Shown: piece by piece, positions 39,949 to 52,588 of the stretch
Layout of the letters: each line of letters starts with the position of its first letter
Numbering within the stretch: position 1 is the stretch's first letter
NCBI RefSeq assembly: GCF_963921235.1
Contig: NC_086097.1
Span: forward strand, 70,000,001 to 70,064,000
Direction of reading: 5' to 3'
From: Mobula hypostoma
Taxonomy: Eukaryota
DNA length: 64,000 bases
Translations under genes and position numbers: made by a program
The notes under the pieces: generated by a model
The model's input: the letters and a program-made list of their open reading frames with translations, nothing else
The model's database searches: none
What the model was told of the DNA's origin: nothing

Positions 39949-40681
39949 TTCCTTCCAGGTGAGGCGACACTTCACCTGTGAGTCAGCTGGTGTGATATAC
40001 TGCGTCTGGTGCTCCCGATGTGGCCTTTTATATATTGGAGAGACCCGGCGCAGACTGGGAGATCATTTTGCTGAACACCTACGCTCTGTCCGCCAGAGAA
40101 AGCAGGACCTCCCAGTGGCCACACATTTTAATTCCACATCCCATTCCCATTCTGATATGTCTATCCACGGCCTCCTCTACTGTAAAGATGAGGCCACACT
40201 CAGGTTGGAGGAACAACACCTTATATTCCCTCTGGGTAGCCTCCAACCTGATGGCATGAACATCGACTTCTCTAACTTCCGCTAATGCCTCACCTCCCCC
40301 TCGTACCCCATCTGTTACTTATTTTTATACACACATTCTTTCTCTCACTCTCCTTTTTCTCCCTCTGTCCCTCTGACTATACCCCTTGCCCATCCTCTGG
40401 GTTCCCCCCCCCTTTCCTTCTCCCTGGGCCTCCTGTCCCATGATCCTCTCATATCCCTTTTGCCAATCACCTGTCCAGCTCTTGGCTCCATCCCTCCCCC
40501 TCCTGTCTTCTCCTATCATTTTGGATCTCCCCCTCCCCCTCTCACTTTCAAATCTCTTACTATCTCTTCCTTCAGTTAGTCCTGACGAAGAATCTCGGCC
40601 CGAAACGTCGACTGTACCTCTTCCTAGAGATGCTGCCTGGCCTGCTGCGTTCACCAGCAACTTTGATGTGTGTTGCTTGAT
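39949..40681 (+). mobile_element. Penelope-like element, 3' part (GIY-YIG endonuclease and terminal repeat)
   Basis: FTC...GVIYCVWCSRCGLLYIGETRRRL..FAEH..PVATHFN..EQHLI..L..LQPDGMN; pyrimidine-rich spacer; terminal repeat. Confidence 0.92.
40578..40613 (+). ncRNA. Minimal type I hammerhead-ribozyme-like motif (stem II damaged)
   Basis: AGTC-CTGACGA-AGAATCTCGGCCC-GAAA-CG-TC-GACT: both catalytic boxes and complementary stem I are present; Penelope terminal repeats are known to carry such motifs. Confidence 0.6.
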
Positions 40682-41056
40682 AATTCTTAAGCAAGCATTG
40701 TGCAATTAATGGCAGAAAGAGTGGAAACATTGAAAAACAAAAGGAATTGGCCATCTGGCCCTCAGGAACAGGTCTTCCTTTCAATTCAGTCATGGCTGAT
40801 TTGCTGTCTCGAAACCATATGCCTGCTCTCTCTTTTGTTTGCAAGCATAACCTTTCTTATGAAAGAAGACTGAAATTGCACATAATTCTTTAGGCACACT
40901 CTAAGTGTAGCTAGGCATCTTTATTCTTGTGCTTAAATCACACCCCCCTTCGTAATGAAGGCCAACAATTTGCCATCATTGCTCTGGATTTTCAGCATCT
41001 GTAAAACCACTTGTGTTTATGCCTTTCAACTGCCTGCTGCACCTGCACGTTATCTC

Positions 41057-41216
41057 TCAGTACAATGACGCCCAAATTCCCTTGTACATCAAACCGTCAG
41101 TACAATGACACCCAAATTCCCTTGTACATCAAACCATCAGCACAATGACACCCAAGTTCCCTTGTACATCAAACTCTCAGTACAATGACACCCAAATTCC
41201 CTTGTACATCAAACTA
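41057..41216. repeat. 40-bp minisatellite, 4 copies
   Basis: TCAGTACAATGACACCCAAATTCCCTTGTACATCAAACNN x4, head to tail. Confidence 0.95.
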
Positions 41217-41289
41217 TCATCCTCTAAGTAACTATGTTCTGATGAATTGTCTCACTGTCAACCAATTTGTAATCCATGACAGGATTTTC

Positions 41290-42500
41290 AAAATTTAAAG
41301 TAAATTTATTACCAAAGTATATATATATATATATATATATATCACCATATTCAACCCCAAGATCAATTTTCTTGCAGGCATACTCAATAAATCCATAATT
41401 AAAAACTAATAACTGGAATAGAATCAATGAAAGACTGCACCAACTGGGCATTCAACCAGTGTGCAAAAGACAACGAACAGTGTAAATACAAAGAGAAAGA
41501 AATAGAAGCAATAAATATTAAGAACGTGAGATGAAGAGTCCTTGAAAGAGAGTCCATTGGTTGTGAGAACTTTTCAATGATGGGCAGGTGAAGTTGAGTG
41601 AAGTTATCCCCTTTGGTTCAAGAGCCTGATGGTTGAGAGGTAATAACTGTCTCTGAACCGGGTGCTGTGAGTCCTGAAGCTACTGTATTCTTCTGGATGG
41701 CAGCAGCGAGAAGAGAGCATGATCTGGGTGGTGGGGGTCCCTGATGATGGATGCTGCCTTCCTGCAACAACGCTTCATGTAGATGTGCTCAGTATGGTGG
41801 GGAGGGCTTTACCCATTATAGACTTGGCTGTATTCACTACTTTTTGTTGGATTTTCCAGTCAAGGGCATTGGTGTTTCCATACCAGGATGTGATGCAGCC
41901 AGTCAATAATAGTCTTCACTACACATTCATAGAAGTTTTAAAAAGTTTTGAATATCATGCCAAATGTACGCAAACCCCTAAGGAGGTATGCTTTCTGACA
42001 TGCTTTCTTCATAATTGCACTTACAGGACAGGTGCTCCGAAATAATAACATTGAGGAAGACCGTAAGTTGCTGACCCTCTCCACCTCTGATCCTCGGATG
42101 AGGACTGGCTCATGGACCTTTAGGTTTCTTCCCTAGAAGTCAATAATCAGTTCCTTGGTCTAGCTGACATTGAATAAGAGGTTGTTGCTATGGCACCATT
42201 CAGCCAGAATTTCAATCTCCTTCCTATATGCTGATTCATCACCACCTTTGATTTGGCCTACAGTAGAGGTGTTGTCAGCAAACTTGAATATGGCATTGGA
42301 GCTGTGCTTAGTCATACAATTATTGTAAAACAAGTAGAGCAGGGGGGGCGAAGCACGCAGCCTTGTGGAGCACCTGTGCTGATGGAGATCATGGTGGAGA
42401 TGTTGTTGTCAATCCGAACTGACTGGGGTCTGCAAGTGAGGAAATCGAGGATCCGATTGCACCAGGAGGTAATGAGGCCAAAGTCGTGAAGCTTATTGAT
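41290..42500 (-). mobile_element. Rex1/Babar-type LINE, 3' part, degenerate
   Basis: Minus strand encodes [43 protein letters not shown]. Confidence 0.75.
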
Positions 42501-42679
42501 TCACATGGATCAAACCTTCCATGTGAATCAGTGGCACAGTCCTCCACTTGTTCCCTTCCTACCATACTGGGACCTAAACAGTTTTTGTGATGAAGCTGCG
42601 ATTCACTTGCACTTGATCCAGTCACTTGCAGCACCTTCACAATGTAGACAGTGTAGTAAGACAGACAGTATCGCCACCT

Positions 42680-44352
42680 GCAAGGATTTTGTACATTCTC
42701 CCCGTGGACCGCGTGGGTTTCCTCGGAGTGCTCCAGTTCGTCCCAAAGACGCGTCAGTTAGAGGGTTAATTGCTGATTGTAAACTGGCCTGTGATTACTG
42801 TTACACAGGTGGGTCATTGGGCATTGTGGCTCATTGGGTTGGTGGGCAGTGTGGCTCGTTGGGTTGGTAGGTAGTGTGGCTCATTGGGTTGGTAGGCAGT
42901 GTGGCTCGGTGGGCAGTGGGCACTGTGGCTTGTTGAGTTGCTGGGCAGTGTGGCTCATTGGGTTGGTAGGCAGTGTGGTTCATTGGGTTGGTAGGCAGTG
43001 TGGCTTGTTGGGCAGTATGGCTTGTTGGGTTGGTGGGCAGCGTGGCTCGGTGGGCAGTGGGCAGTGTGGCTCGTAGGGTTGGTGGGCAGTGTGGCTCGTT
43101 GGCTTGTTGGGTCGTTGGGCAGTGTGGCTTGGTGGGCAGCATGGCTCATTGGGTCGGTGAGCAGCGTGGCTCGTTGACTCAGTGGGCAGTGTGTCTCGTT
43201 GGGTAGGTGGGCAGTGCGGCTTGTTGGGTTGTTGGGCATTGTGGCTCGTTGGGTCGGTGGGCAGTGGGCAGTGTGGCTCGTTGGGTTGGTGGGCAGTGTG
43301 GCTCATTGGGTAGGTGGGCAGTGTGGCTCGTTGGGTTGCTGGGCAGTGTGTCTCGTTGGGTAGGTGGGCAGTGCGGCTTGTTGGGTGGTTGGGCATTGTG
43401 GCTCGTTGGGTCGGTGGGCAGTGGGCAGTGTGGCTCGTTGGGTTGGTGGGCAGTGTGGCTCATTGGGTAGGTGGGCAGTGTGGCTCGTTGGGTTGGTGGG
43501 CAGTGTGTCTCGTTGGGTAGGTGGGCAGTGCGGCTTGTTGGGTGTTTGGGCATTGTGGCTCGTTGGGTAGGTGGGCAGTGGGCAGTGTGGCTCGTTGGGT
43601 TGGTGGGCAGTGTGGCTCGTTGGGTAGGTGGGCAGTGTGGCTCGTTGGGTCGTTGGGCAGTGTGGCTCGTTGGGTTGCTGGGCAGTGTGGCTCGTTGGGT
43701 TGGTGGGCAGTGTGTCTCATTGGGTTGGTGGACAGTGTGGCTCGGTGGGTTGGTAGGCAGTGTGGCTCGTTGGGTTGGTGGGCAGTGTGTCTCGTTGGGT
43801 CGGTGGGCAGTGTGGCTCGTTGGGTCGGTGGGCAGTGTGGCTTGTTGGGTTGGTGGGCAGTGTGGCTCGGTGGGCAGTGGGCAGTGTGGCTCGTTGGGTT
43901 GGTGGGCAGTGTGGCTCGGTGGGCAGTGTGGCTCGTTGCGTTGGTGGGCTGTGTGACTCATTGGGTTGGTGGGCAGTGTGGCTCTTTGGGTAGGTGGGCA
44001 GTGTGGCTCATTGGATTGGTGGGCAGTGTGTCTCGGGTTGATGGGCAGCGTGGCTATTGGCTTGTTGGGTCGTTGGGCAGTGTGGCTCGTTGGGTCGGTG
44101 GGCAGTGTGGCTCATTGGGTCAGTGGGCAGCGTGGCTCGGTGGGCAGTGGGCAGTGTGGCTCATTGGGTCAGTGGGCAGTGTGGCTCGTTGGGTCGGTGG
44201 GCAGTGTGGCTCGTTGGGTCGGTGGGCAGTGTGGCTCGTTGGGTTGGTGGGCAGTGTGGCTCATTGGGTTACTGGGCAATGTGTCTTGTTGGGTTGGTGG
44301 GCATTGTGGCTCATTGGGTCGGTGGGCCTGTTCTGCATTCGATCTCTAAATA
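42680..44352 (+). mobile_element. V-SINE-like SINE with an internal tandem expansion
   Basis: 5' part ttctccccgtggaccgcgtgggtttcc..gttaattg..tgtaaa and 3' tail gggcctgttctgc..atctctaaataa flank the array. Confidence 0.7.
42808..44327. repeat. ~1.5-kb G-rich minisatellite, 25-bp unit GGGTTGGTGGGCAGTGTGGCTCGTT
   Basis: Direct inspection; variant units recur with a 157-bp period (43207, 43364, 43521). Confidence 0.95.
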
Positions 44353-44479
44353 AGGAACAATGATTTTGCTTGGGAAGAATTTCGTTGGCTACAATACTTT
44401 TCCGGAGATTCAGTGATTTTGAAGGGATTTTCATAGAAGAATGGCATTCTTTTCATGCTTTATATACAATACTATTTCT

Positions 44480-44910
44480 AACATAGTCCTGGAATTGCAC
44501 AGTACAGAGCCATCCAACAATTACAGTACCTTGCCTCACCACACCTAAGACAACTGTCATGCCTATATATACTAATCCCACTTGCCTGCTTTAATCCCAT
44601 ATTCCTATATGTCCTCTTTGGGTGCCTCTTAAATGTTCTTACAGTTCTTGACTAAACCACCTTCTGTGACAGCACATTCCAGATACTATCTACTCTGTGT
44701 GAAATATTTACCACTCTGATCCTCTTTAAACCTCTCATTTAAAACTATGCTCTCTTGTTTTAGAAGCCTCTGTCATGGGAAATGGACTCTGCCTATACCT
44801 CTCACAATTCTATATTCCTCTATTAGGTCACCCCACAGTCTCCTATGATGCAGGGAAAACTGACCCCGCTTATCTAATCACTCCTTGTAACTCAAGCTCT
44901 TCAATATCTT
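44480..44910 (-). mobile_element. Old CR1 3' fragment
   Basis: cagcacattccag..ctactctgtgtgaa motif and tail similarity to the other CR1 ends. Confidence 0.55.
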
Positions 44911-45518
44911 GGCCATCTGAAAGACAGAGGAAAGGCTAATTATTTTGTCTGTTCTACAGCCTCAGGATAGTGGTTGATAGTGGTTTCATCGTTAGCTCAT
45001 AAAAGTGGTTCAAGCAGAATATGAATTTTAATGAAGTGGTGTGAGAAAGATGTAGAAACATGCAGTCAAATAATAACAGAAACATCTTGATTCAAATTTT
45101 TCCACTGGGAATGCACTTCCTGGTGGTGTTGAAAGTAAAAACTCCAGTACAGTTTGAAACACTGTTGTTTGCTGCATTAGGAGGAGAGATTTGGCATGGA
45201 CCAGCTAGGCCTTGGCCTGTTTCTGTGCTGTAGTGTTCTGTGACTCTATGTGAAGCTTCAGAAGATTGGCCTTGTTTACTCTTAATTACCTTGTGATTTT
45301 GGGAATATTGAAATCAGCAGGTTCAAATTTGCAGTTTTATTTTTCTATAATTAATAAATGGATATTCATTTTCCAGGGGCCTACTGTTAAACCCAGCTTT
45401 CTAGCACAGCTGCATGACCTTTCCAAAGGGTCAGAGTTGTTGGCAGTAAACTTCTAACAAATATTCTTTGCTCAGCCTTTTGTTGTAAACAATATCCTGT
45501 CCCCAGTTCTTAATGTAC

Positions 45519-46388
45519 TGTTACATACCTGATGGATAGCTTGCGACTGTCTTATGAGGATGATGTAATGGTCTTGCGGAGGTCACATGATGTAATTTTC
45601 CTTCCGATGTGAGGTCATGTGATGACCTGTTCTCACCAGGTATATGAGGGTAGACCCCTGGTGACGCAGTTAGTTTTCAGTTAGATTGTCAGTCAGATAC
45701 TCCGCTACGCTGCTTATTTGACCCATGACGCAGTATAGTTTTAAAACAGAGTTTTACTTTCTATTGTAAAGTACAGAAGTATTGGGCCGGCAGTTTCACC
45801 AATCGCTGCCAGGTTTGTTGATGTACCTTTTCAGTAGTATTGGAGAGTGAAGATAGGAACCAGAAGGAGTCGTTCGGCGGTTTTGGAGAGGATCGACCAT
45901 TATTGAATTCATTCAAGAAAGTGTGATCTGCATGAGATAACCTCTGCTAAAAGCAGCAGAAAAGGTTATGCAGTATCTAGCCTCCAGAGGAAAAGGTCAG
46001 TGCCTTTAAACCGTTTTATTTCCGTCGTCGTGAATCCTGCGGACAAGGCAGGTTCCAGCTGGGATCGGCAGTAATGTTGTGTCTTCAAGGAATTCTTTAC
46101 TTCAGGAAAGTCTCTCCTAATTGACTGTATAAATATAAATATTGACTTTTAAATTTACCATTCTAAGAACTGTGTTCTAATTTACCACTTTAAGACTGTG
46201 TTCGCATTTACTGCTTTAAGAACAAGTACTGAGTTTGGCGGTTTGTTAAATGGCCGCATAGCAGTTTACTTCTGGTTAAGGTTTTCGTTTGTTTATCTTC
46301 TTACTAATTTTGAGCAGAGTTTAATAAATGTTTATTTGTTTATAAAACCCGACTCATTTCTATATTCATTGTTGCTGGTGACGTGACA
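45519..46388 (+). repeat. 5' LTR (~870 bp)
   Basis: TGTTAC...GTGACA ends; homologous to 50750-50875 plus 52589-53303. Confidence 0.92.
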
Positions 46389-48500
46389 TAATTTGGAGGC
46401 TCGTAGGATTGTTCCAATTTTGAGCTTAAGTGCTTGTTTATTTATTAACCTGATTTGAAAAAGGGAAATACCCAATTCTTTTGTTTGATTGGTGTGTGCG
46501 TGGTATTCGGCAGCAATGAATATTGACGACTTTATGGCTTCGCCTGACCCGGAGTTTTTAGCCACAGCGAGAAAAACTGTTGTATCGGAGATTGCTAGGA
46601 GGTTGGATCTTAAAGGAATTATGAATGTTACAACAAAGCCCGTAATTCAGAGAAAAATCACGGAGCATTATTTAAGTTTGGGAAAGTTTGATGATGAGGG
46701 GTTAGGGAGGTTTCCAATGAGTACACTGAAAATGCAGTTACATCTTGAACAGATAAAGTTTGAATGATTTAAAGAGGAAATGGCCAAAAGACAGGCAAAT
46801 AAAAAGAGGGAATTTGAAGAAAGAGAAGCAGATAAAAGGAGAGAGTTTGAGCTACAGATGGAGAAATTGAGATCTGGGAATCAGGCTTCTGGTTTTAGGA
46901 AACAGTTTATTGCTAGTCAAGAGGTTATTTTGGCTCCTCCATTTAATGAAGCAGAAGTGGACAAATATTTCCAACATTTCGAAATTGTTGCTCTGAGTTC
47001 AGAGTGGCTGAAAGAGAGATGGCCAGTGATGTTGCAAAGTGTAATTAAAGGCAAGGCACAACAAGTTTATACAGCTTTAAATGCTGAGCATGCACTGGAT
47101 TATGATATTGTGAAACAGCATATATTGAAACCGTATGAACTGGTTCTGGAAGCTTATAGAGAAAGATTCAGAAATTTGAAGAAATCTGTGGAAAAACTTA
47201 CGTGGAATTTGCCTACGAGAAATCTATGTGTTTTGAGAGATGGGTTTCCTCTAAAAATGTGAATGGGGAGTATAATAAATTAAAAGAGTTGATTTTACTG
47301 GAGGAATTTAAAAGGGGCATTCCTGTTGAATTGAGGACATACTTAAATGAAAGGGACACGGCTACATTGCAAGAGTCTGCTAAATTAGCTGATGATTATG
47401 CTTTAATTCATAAGAATAAATTTTCTCCAGGTAGGACTTTTAAAAGGAAAAATAGCACAGAGAGTCAAGGTAAACCAGAATTAAATCTGAAGTTAGTGAG
47501 AAAGGTAAGGATGAAGGGAGACGTGAAGGAAAGACATTTTGGTCTTATTTGTAATTATTGAAAGAAACCTGGACATGTAATAGCTAACTGTTTTCGATTG
47601 AAAAAGAAAGAGAAGGAAGCAGTCTCAGATGCTTGTGTGCAGCATATTGAAACACCTGTAAATCCACAGAGTTTGATAAATACCAATGAAGCTTTGTCAG
47701 AGCCTGACCAAGTTAAGAGGGGATATGTATATTTTAAAACCAAAAGATTTCTATCCTTAAAAGAGGGATCCAATCCTGTACCAATAAAAATACTTAGAGA
47801 TATTGGTGCTTCTCAATCACTAGTGTTAGACAGTGTTCTAAAGTTTAGTGATGAGTCTGACATTGATGAGGTAAACTATATAAGAGGAGTTGGGAGTGCC
47901 CTTATGACAGTACACTTGCATAGAGTAAGTTTAAGGTCAGGGTTAGTTACGGGGCTTGTTAAGGTAGGACTACAACCCAGTTTACCTGTGAATAATATTT
48001 CTTTTTTGTTAGGGAATGACTTAGCAGGTGGACAAGTTTTTCCTGAAGTGCATTTGACAATAAAGCCTAATTCTGAGGAACCACGGAGAGATTCTAACAC
48101 AGATTCTTCCTGTGTTGTAACCTGAGCTATGGCTAAAAAGACTGATGTACAGAATGAGGTTGTTACCCTTTACTGTTCAACTCGGGATGCAAATTTTGAG
48201 GATGTATCAGAAACTTTCTTACCTTCATTATTTGATCAGGATTTTGGTAGTAAGTCTGACCATGAAGATTTGTCTTTATCTCGGAAGAAGATGATAGCAG
48301 AGCAGGGTGGAGATCCTGAGATAGTTAAATTAAAGGAGCAAGCTCTTCCAAATAGTGAAATTGAGGTGCCAGTAGGATATTATTTTGAAAAGGGAGTATT
48401 AATGAGAAAGTGGAGATCACCTACAATTCCTGCAAGTAAGGAATGGGAAGTTAATCACCAGGTAGTAGTTCCTAAAGTATATTGAAATGAGATTTTAACT

Positions 48501-49508
48501 ATGGCTCATAGTATGCCTTTGGGTGGTCATCGAGGTGTAAAGAAAACTATGAACAAGGTTTTAAAATATTTTTATTGGCCTAGTTTGAGAAAAGACGTGG
48601 CAACATTTTGCAGGATGTGTCATACGTGTCAAATTGTGTGTAAACCTAATCATGTTACTCCAGTGGCCCCACTGCAACCGATTCCAGCATTTGGAGAGCC
48701 GTTTTCCAAAATTATTATAGATTGTGTAGGCCCATTGCCAAAAACTAAAACTGGACATCAATATTTGCTGACCATTATGCGCACAGCACCTAGGTTTCCA
48801 GAGGCAATACCTCTTAAGAATATAACAGCCAAAACTATGACAAAGGTTCTTATAAAATTCTTTACTTGTTTTGGGTTGCCTAAGGAAATACAGTCGGATC
48901 AAGGTAGTAATTTTATGTCTGGGTTGTTTCAGCAGATAATTTATAAACTGGGAGCAAAACAGGTTACCTCATCTGCAGATCATCCAGAATTGCAAGGAGC
49001 CTTGGAGAGATTCCATTCTACCCTTAAAAATATGATTAGGATGTATTGCGTGGAAAATGAAAAGGATTGGGATGAAGGCATACATTTCCTACTCTTTGCA
49101 GTATGGAAGGCAGTACAGGAATCATTAGGTTTTAGTCCTTTTGAACTTGTGTTTGGGCATAGAGTTCGAGGACCGTTGGCCTTATTGAAAGAACAGTGGA
49201 TTAATAAAGAGGTACATACTAATTTGCTGGATTATGTTTTGAAATTCAGAGAAAGATTACATAAAGCTTGTAGCTTGGCCAAGGAAAAATTTAAATTGGC
49301 TCAGGAGAAAATGAAAACTTGGTATGATAAGGAAGCTAGAATGAGGTCATTTAAGCCTGGAGATAAGGTGTTGGTTCTTTTCCTGGTGCAAATGAACCCA
49401 TTACAAGCTAAATTTCATGGTCCTTATGAGATTAAATCTAAAGTAAATGATGTGGATTACGTGATAAAAACCCAGATCAAAGAAAGCCAACACAGCTGTG
49501 TCATATAA
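48501..49508 (+). pseudogene. Gmr1-type integrase ORF (HHCC and DDE core)
   Basis: AH....GGH..CxxCxxC, IDCVGPLP, QSDQGSNF, QGALERFH, GPY motif. Confidence 0.85.
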
Positions 49509-49510
49509 AT

Positions 49511-50488
49511 ATGATAAAACCGTACTATGAGAGAGAGGCTGCTACTATGACTGTTGTGGTCAATAATGAGTCTGATCTTTCTAAAAACTTAATGGATGAT
49601 TCATCTGAAACTCATTTTAAAACCAACATTATTTCATCCAGGTTACCAAATTCAACAATTCTGGAAAATATTGATGAGAAATTAGCTCATTTACAACCAC
49701 AGCAGAGAGAGCAGATGAAACAGTTAATTTTTAAATACAGGGATTTATTTCCAGATGTTCCTAGAAGAACCACTGTAGCTTCACATGATGTAGATGTTGG
49801 AGATGCAAAACCCATTAAACAACATCCATATCAGATGAATAAGGAAAAATGTGAACTTGCTGAACAAGAAATTAAGTATATGTTAGAGAATAATATTATT
49901 AGACCTTCTTATTCGAATTGGAGTTCACCGTGTGTTATGGTGCCTAAACTAGACAATAGTATTAGGTTTTGTACAGATAACAGGAAGGAGAATGCTGTGA
50001 CAAAAACAGATGCATATCCAATCCCTAGGGTAGATGATTGTGTGGATAAAGTTGGACAAGAAAAGTTCCTTACAAAGATTGATTTGTTAAAAGAGTATTG
50101 GTGTGTTCCACTGACGGATAGAGGTAGAGAGATTTTTGCATTTGTAACCCCATCTGGGTTATATGAATATAATGTTCTTCCATTTGGGATGAAGAATGCA
50201 CCAGGTACTTTCCAGATGATAATTAATGGTGTGATTCACGGGTTAAAAGATACAGATGCCTATATTGATGATTTAGTTACAGGAAATAAGATTTGGAAAG
50301 CACATATTACTGCTGTGGAGAAACTATTTGAGAGACTTTCAAAAGCTAACTTAGCTAAAAGTGAATTTGGTCATGCCACGGTAACCTACCGTGGTTATGT
50401 TGTAGGTCCAAGCTTAGTTAAAGAAAATGGTAAAGGAAATAAATCAAACTCCAATTTAGCAACAGAGTTTGATGTTACAGGAGTATAA
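49511..50488 (+). pseudogene. Gypsy reverse transcriptase ORF, truncated
   Basis: WSSPCVMVPK..IRFCTD.RK.N, YPIPR, PFGMKNAP, AYIDD. Confidence 0.85.
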
Positions 50489-50875
50489 TATTTTGCTAAC
50501 TCATATTAAAGGTAAAGATAATGTGATCGCTGATTGCCTAACTAGATGTTAAATGTATAACGTAATTTTTTTATGGAGTAGTATTTTAATACTTGTAACA
50601 CTCCTACTGTACATTAGTTTGTAAAATACTGTATGATAATACTGTGTATTCTGTGTATGTTGTAAATTTTATACATTTGTATTTTTTTTAAATAGTTAAT
50701 TATTAAAATTATGCTCCTAAAAGACAAAATTTTTTTTTTTGGAGGGAGGTATTACATACCTCATAGATATCTTGTGACTGTCTTACGAAGATGATGTAAT
50801 GGTCTTGCGGAGGTCACATGATGAAATTTTCCTGCCGATGTGAGGTCATGTGATGACCTGTTCTCACCAGGTATA

Positions 50876-52588
50876 TAGAAACATAGAAAATAGGTGCAGG
50901 AGTAGGCCATTCGGCCCTTCGAGCCTGCATCGCCATTTATTATGATCATGGCTGATCCTCCAACTCAGAACTCCGCCCAAGCCTTCCCTCCATACCCCCT
51001 GACCCCTGTAGCCACAAGGGCCATATCTAACTCCCTCTTAAATATAGCCAATGAACTGGCCTCAACTGTTTCCTGTGGCAGAGAATTCCACAGATTCACC
51101 ACTCTCTGTGTGAAGAAGTTTTTCCTAATCTCGGTCCTAAAATGCTTCCCCTCTATCCTCAAACTGTGACCCCCCGTTCTGGACTTCCCCAACATCGGGA
51201 ACAATCTTCCAGCATCTAGCCTGTCCAATCCCTTTAGGATCTTATACGTTTCAATCAGATCCCCCCTCAATCTTCTAAATTCCAACGAGTACAAGCCCAA
51301 TTCATCCAGTCTTTCTTCATATGAAAGACCTGCCATCCCAGGAATCAATCTGGTGAACCTTCTTTGTACTCCCTCTATGGCAAAGATGTCTTTCCTCAGA
51401 TTAGGGGACTAAAACTGCACACAATACTCCAGGTGTGGTCTCACCAAGGCCTTGTACAACTGCAGTAGTACCTCCCTGCTCCTGTACTCGAATCCTCTCG
51501 CTATAAATGCCAGCATACCATTTGCCTTTTTCACCACCTGCTGTACCTGCATGCCCACTTTCAATGACTGGTGTATAATGAACCCCAGGTCTCGTTGCAC
51601 CTCCCCTTTTCCTAATCGGCCACCATTCAGATAATAATCTGTTTTCCTATTTTTGCCACCAAAGTGGATAACTTCACATTTATCCACATTAAATTGCATC
51701 TGCCATGAATTTGCCCACTCACCCAACCTATCCAAGTCACTCTGCATCCCCTTAGCATCCTCCTCACTGCTAACACTGCCACCCAGCTTCGTGTCATCCG
51801 CAAACTTGGAGATGCTGCATTTAATTCCCTCATCCAAGTCATTAATATATATTGTAAACAACTGGGGTCCCAGCACTGAGCCTTGCGGTACCCCACTAGT
51901 CACCGCCTGCCATTCTGAAAAGGTCCCGTTTATTCCCACTCTTTGCTTCCTGTCTGCTAACCAATTCTCCACCCACACCAATACCTTACCCCCAATACCG
52001 TGTGCTTTAAGTTTGCACACTAATCTCCTGTGTGGGACCTTGTCAAAAGCCTTTTGAAAATCCAAATATACCACATCCACTGGTTCTCCCCTATCCACTC
52101 TACTAGTTACATCCTCAAAAAATTCTATGAGATTCGTCAGACATGATTTTCCTTTCACAAATCCATGCTGACTTTATCCGATCATTTCACAGCTTTCCAA
52201 ATGTGCTGTTATCACATCCTTGATAACTGACTCCAGCAGTTTCCCCACCACCGACGTTAGGCTAACCGGTCTATAATTCCCCGGTTTCTCTCTCCCTCCT
52301 TTTTTAAAAAGTGGAGTTACATTAGCCACCCTCCAATCTTTAGGAACTAGTCCAGAATCTAACGAGTTTTGAAAAATTATCACTAATGCATCCACTATTT
52401 CTTGGGCTACCTCCTTAAGCACTCTAGGATGCAGACCATCTGGCCCTGGGGATTTATCTGCCTTCAATCCCTTCAATTTACCTAACACCACTTCCCTACT
52501 AACATGTATTTCGCTCAGTTCCTCCATCCCACTGGACCCTCTGTCCCCTACTATTTCTGGAAGATTATTTATGTCCTCCTTAGTGAAG
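50876..52588 (-). mobile_element. Young 5'-truncated CR1 inserted in the 3' LTR
   Basis: (tatgtttc) tail; near-identical to 59490-61200; the LTR sequence rejoins across it. Confidence 0.93.

Noticed and set aside
41057..41216. CRISPR-like repeat array
   Set aside because: The units are directly adjacent with no unique spacers, there are no cas genes, and the context is vertebrate
42831..44363. Many long ORFs (Pro/His/Thr-rich or Gly/Trp/Val-rich, up to 280 aa)
   Set aside because: Translations of the stop-poor 25-bp minisatellite in all frames
46489..47561. Domesticated SCAN/Gag-derived host gene
   Set aside because: Broken by stops and frameshifts, and still within LTRs and a TSD
50876..52588. 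Segmental duplication or misassembly of 59490-61200
   Set aside because: Similarity stops exactly at the CR1 boundaries, the flanks and tail lengths differ, and private substitutions are present
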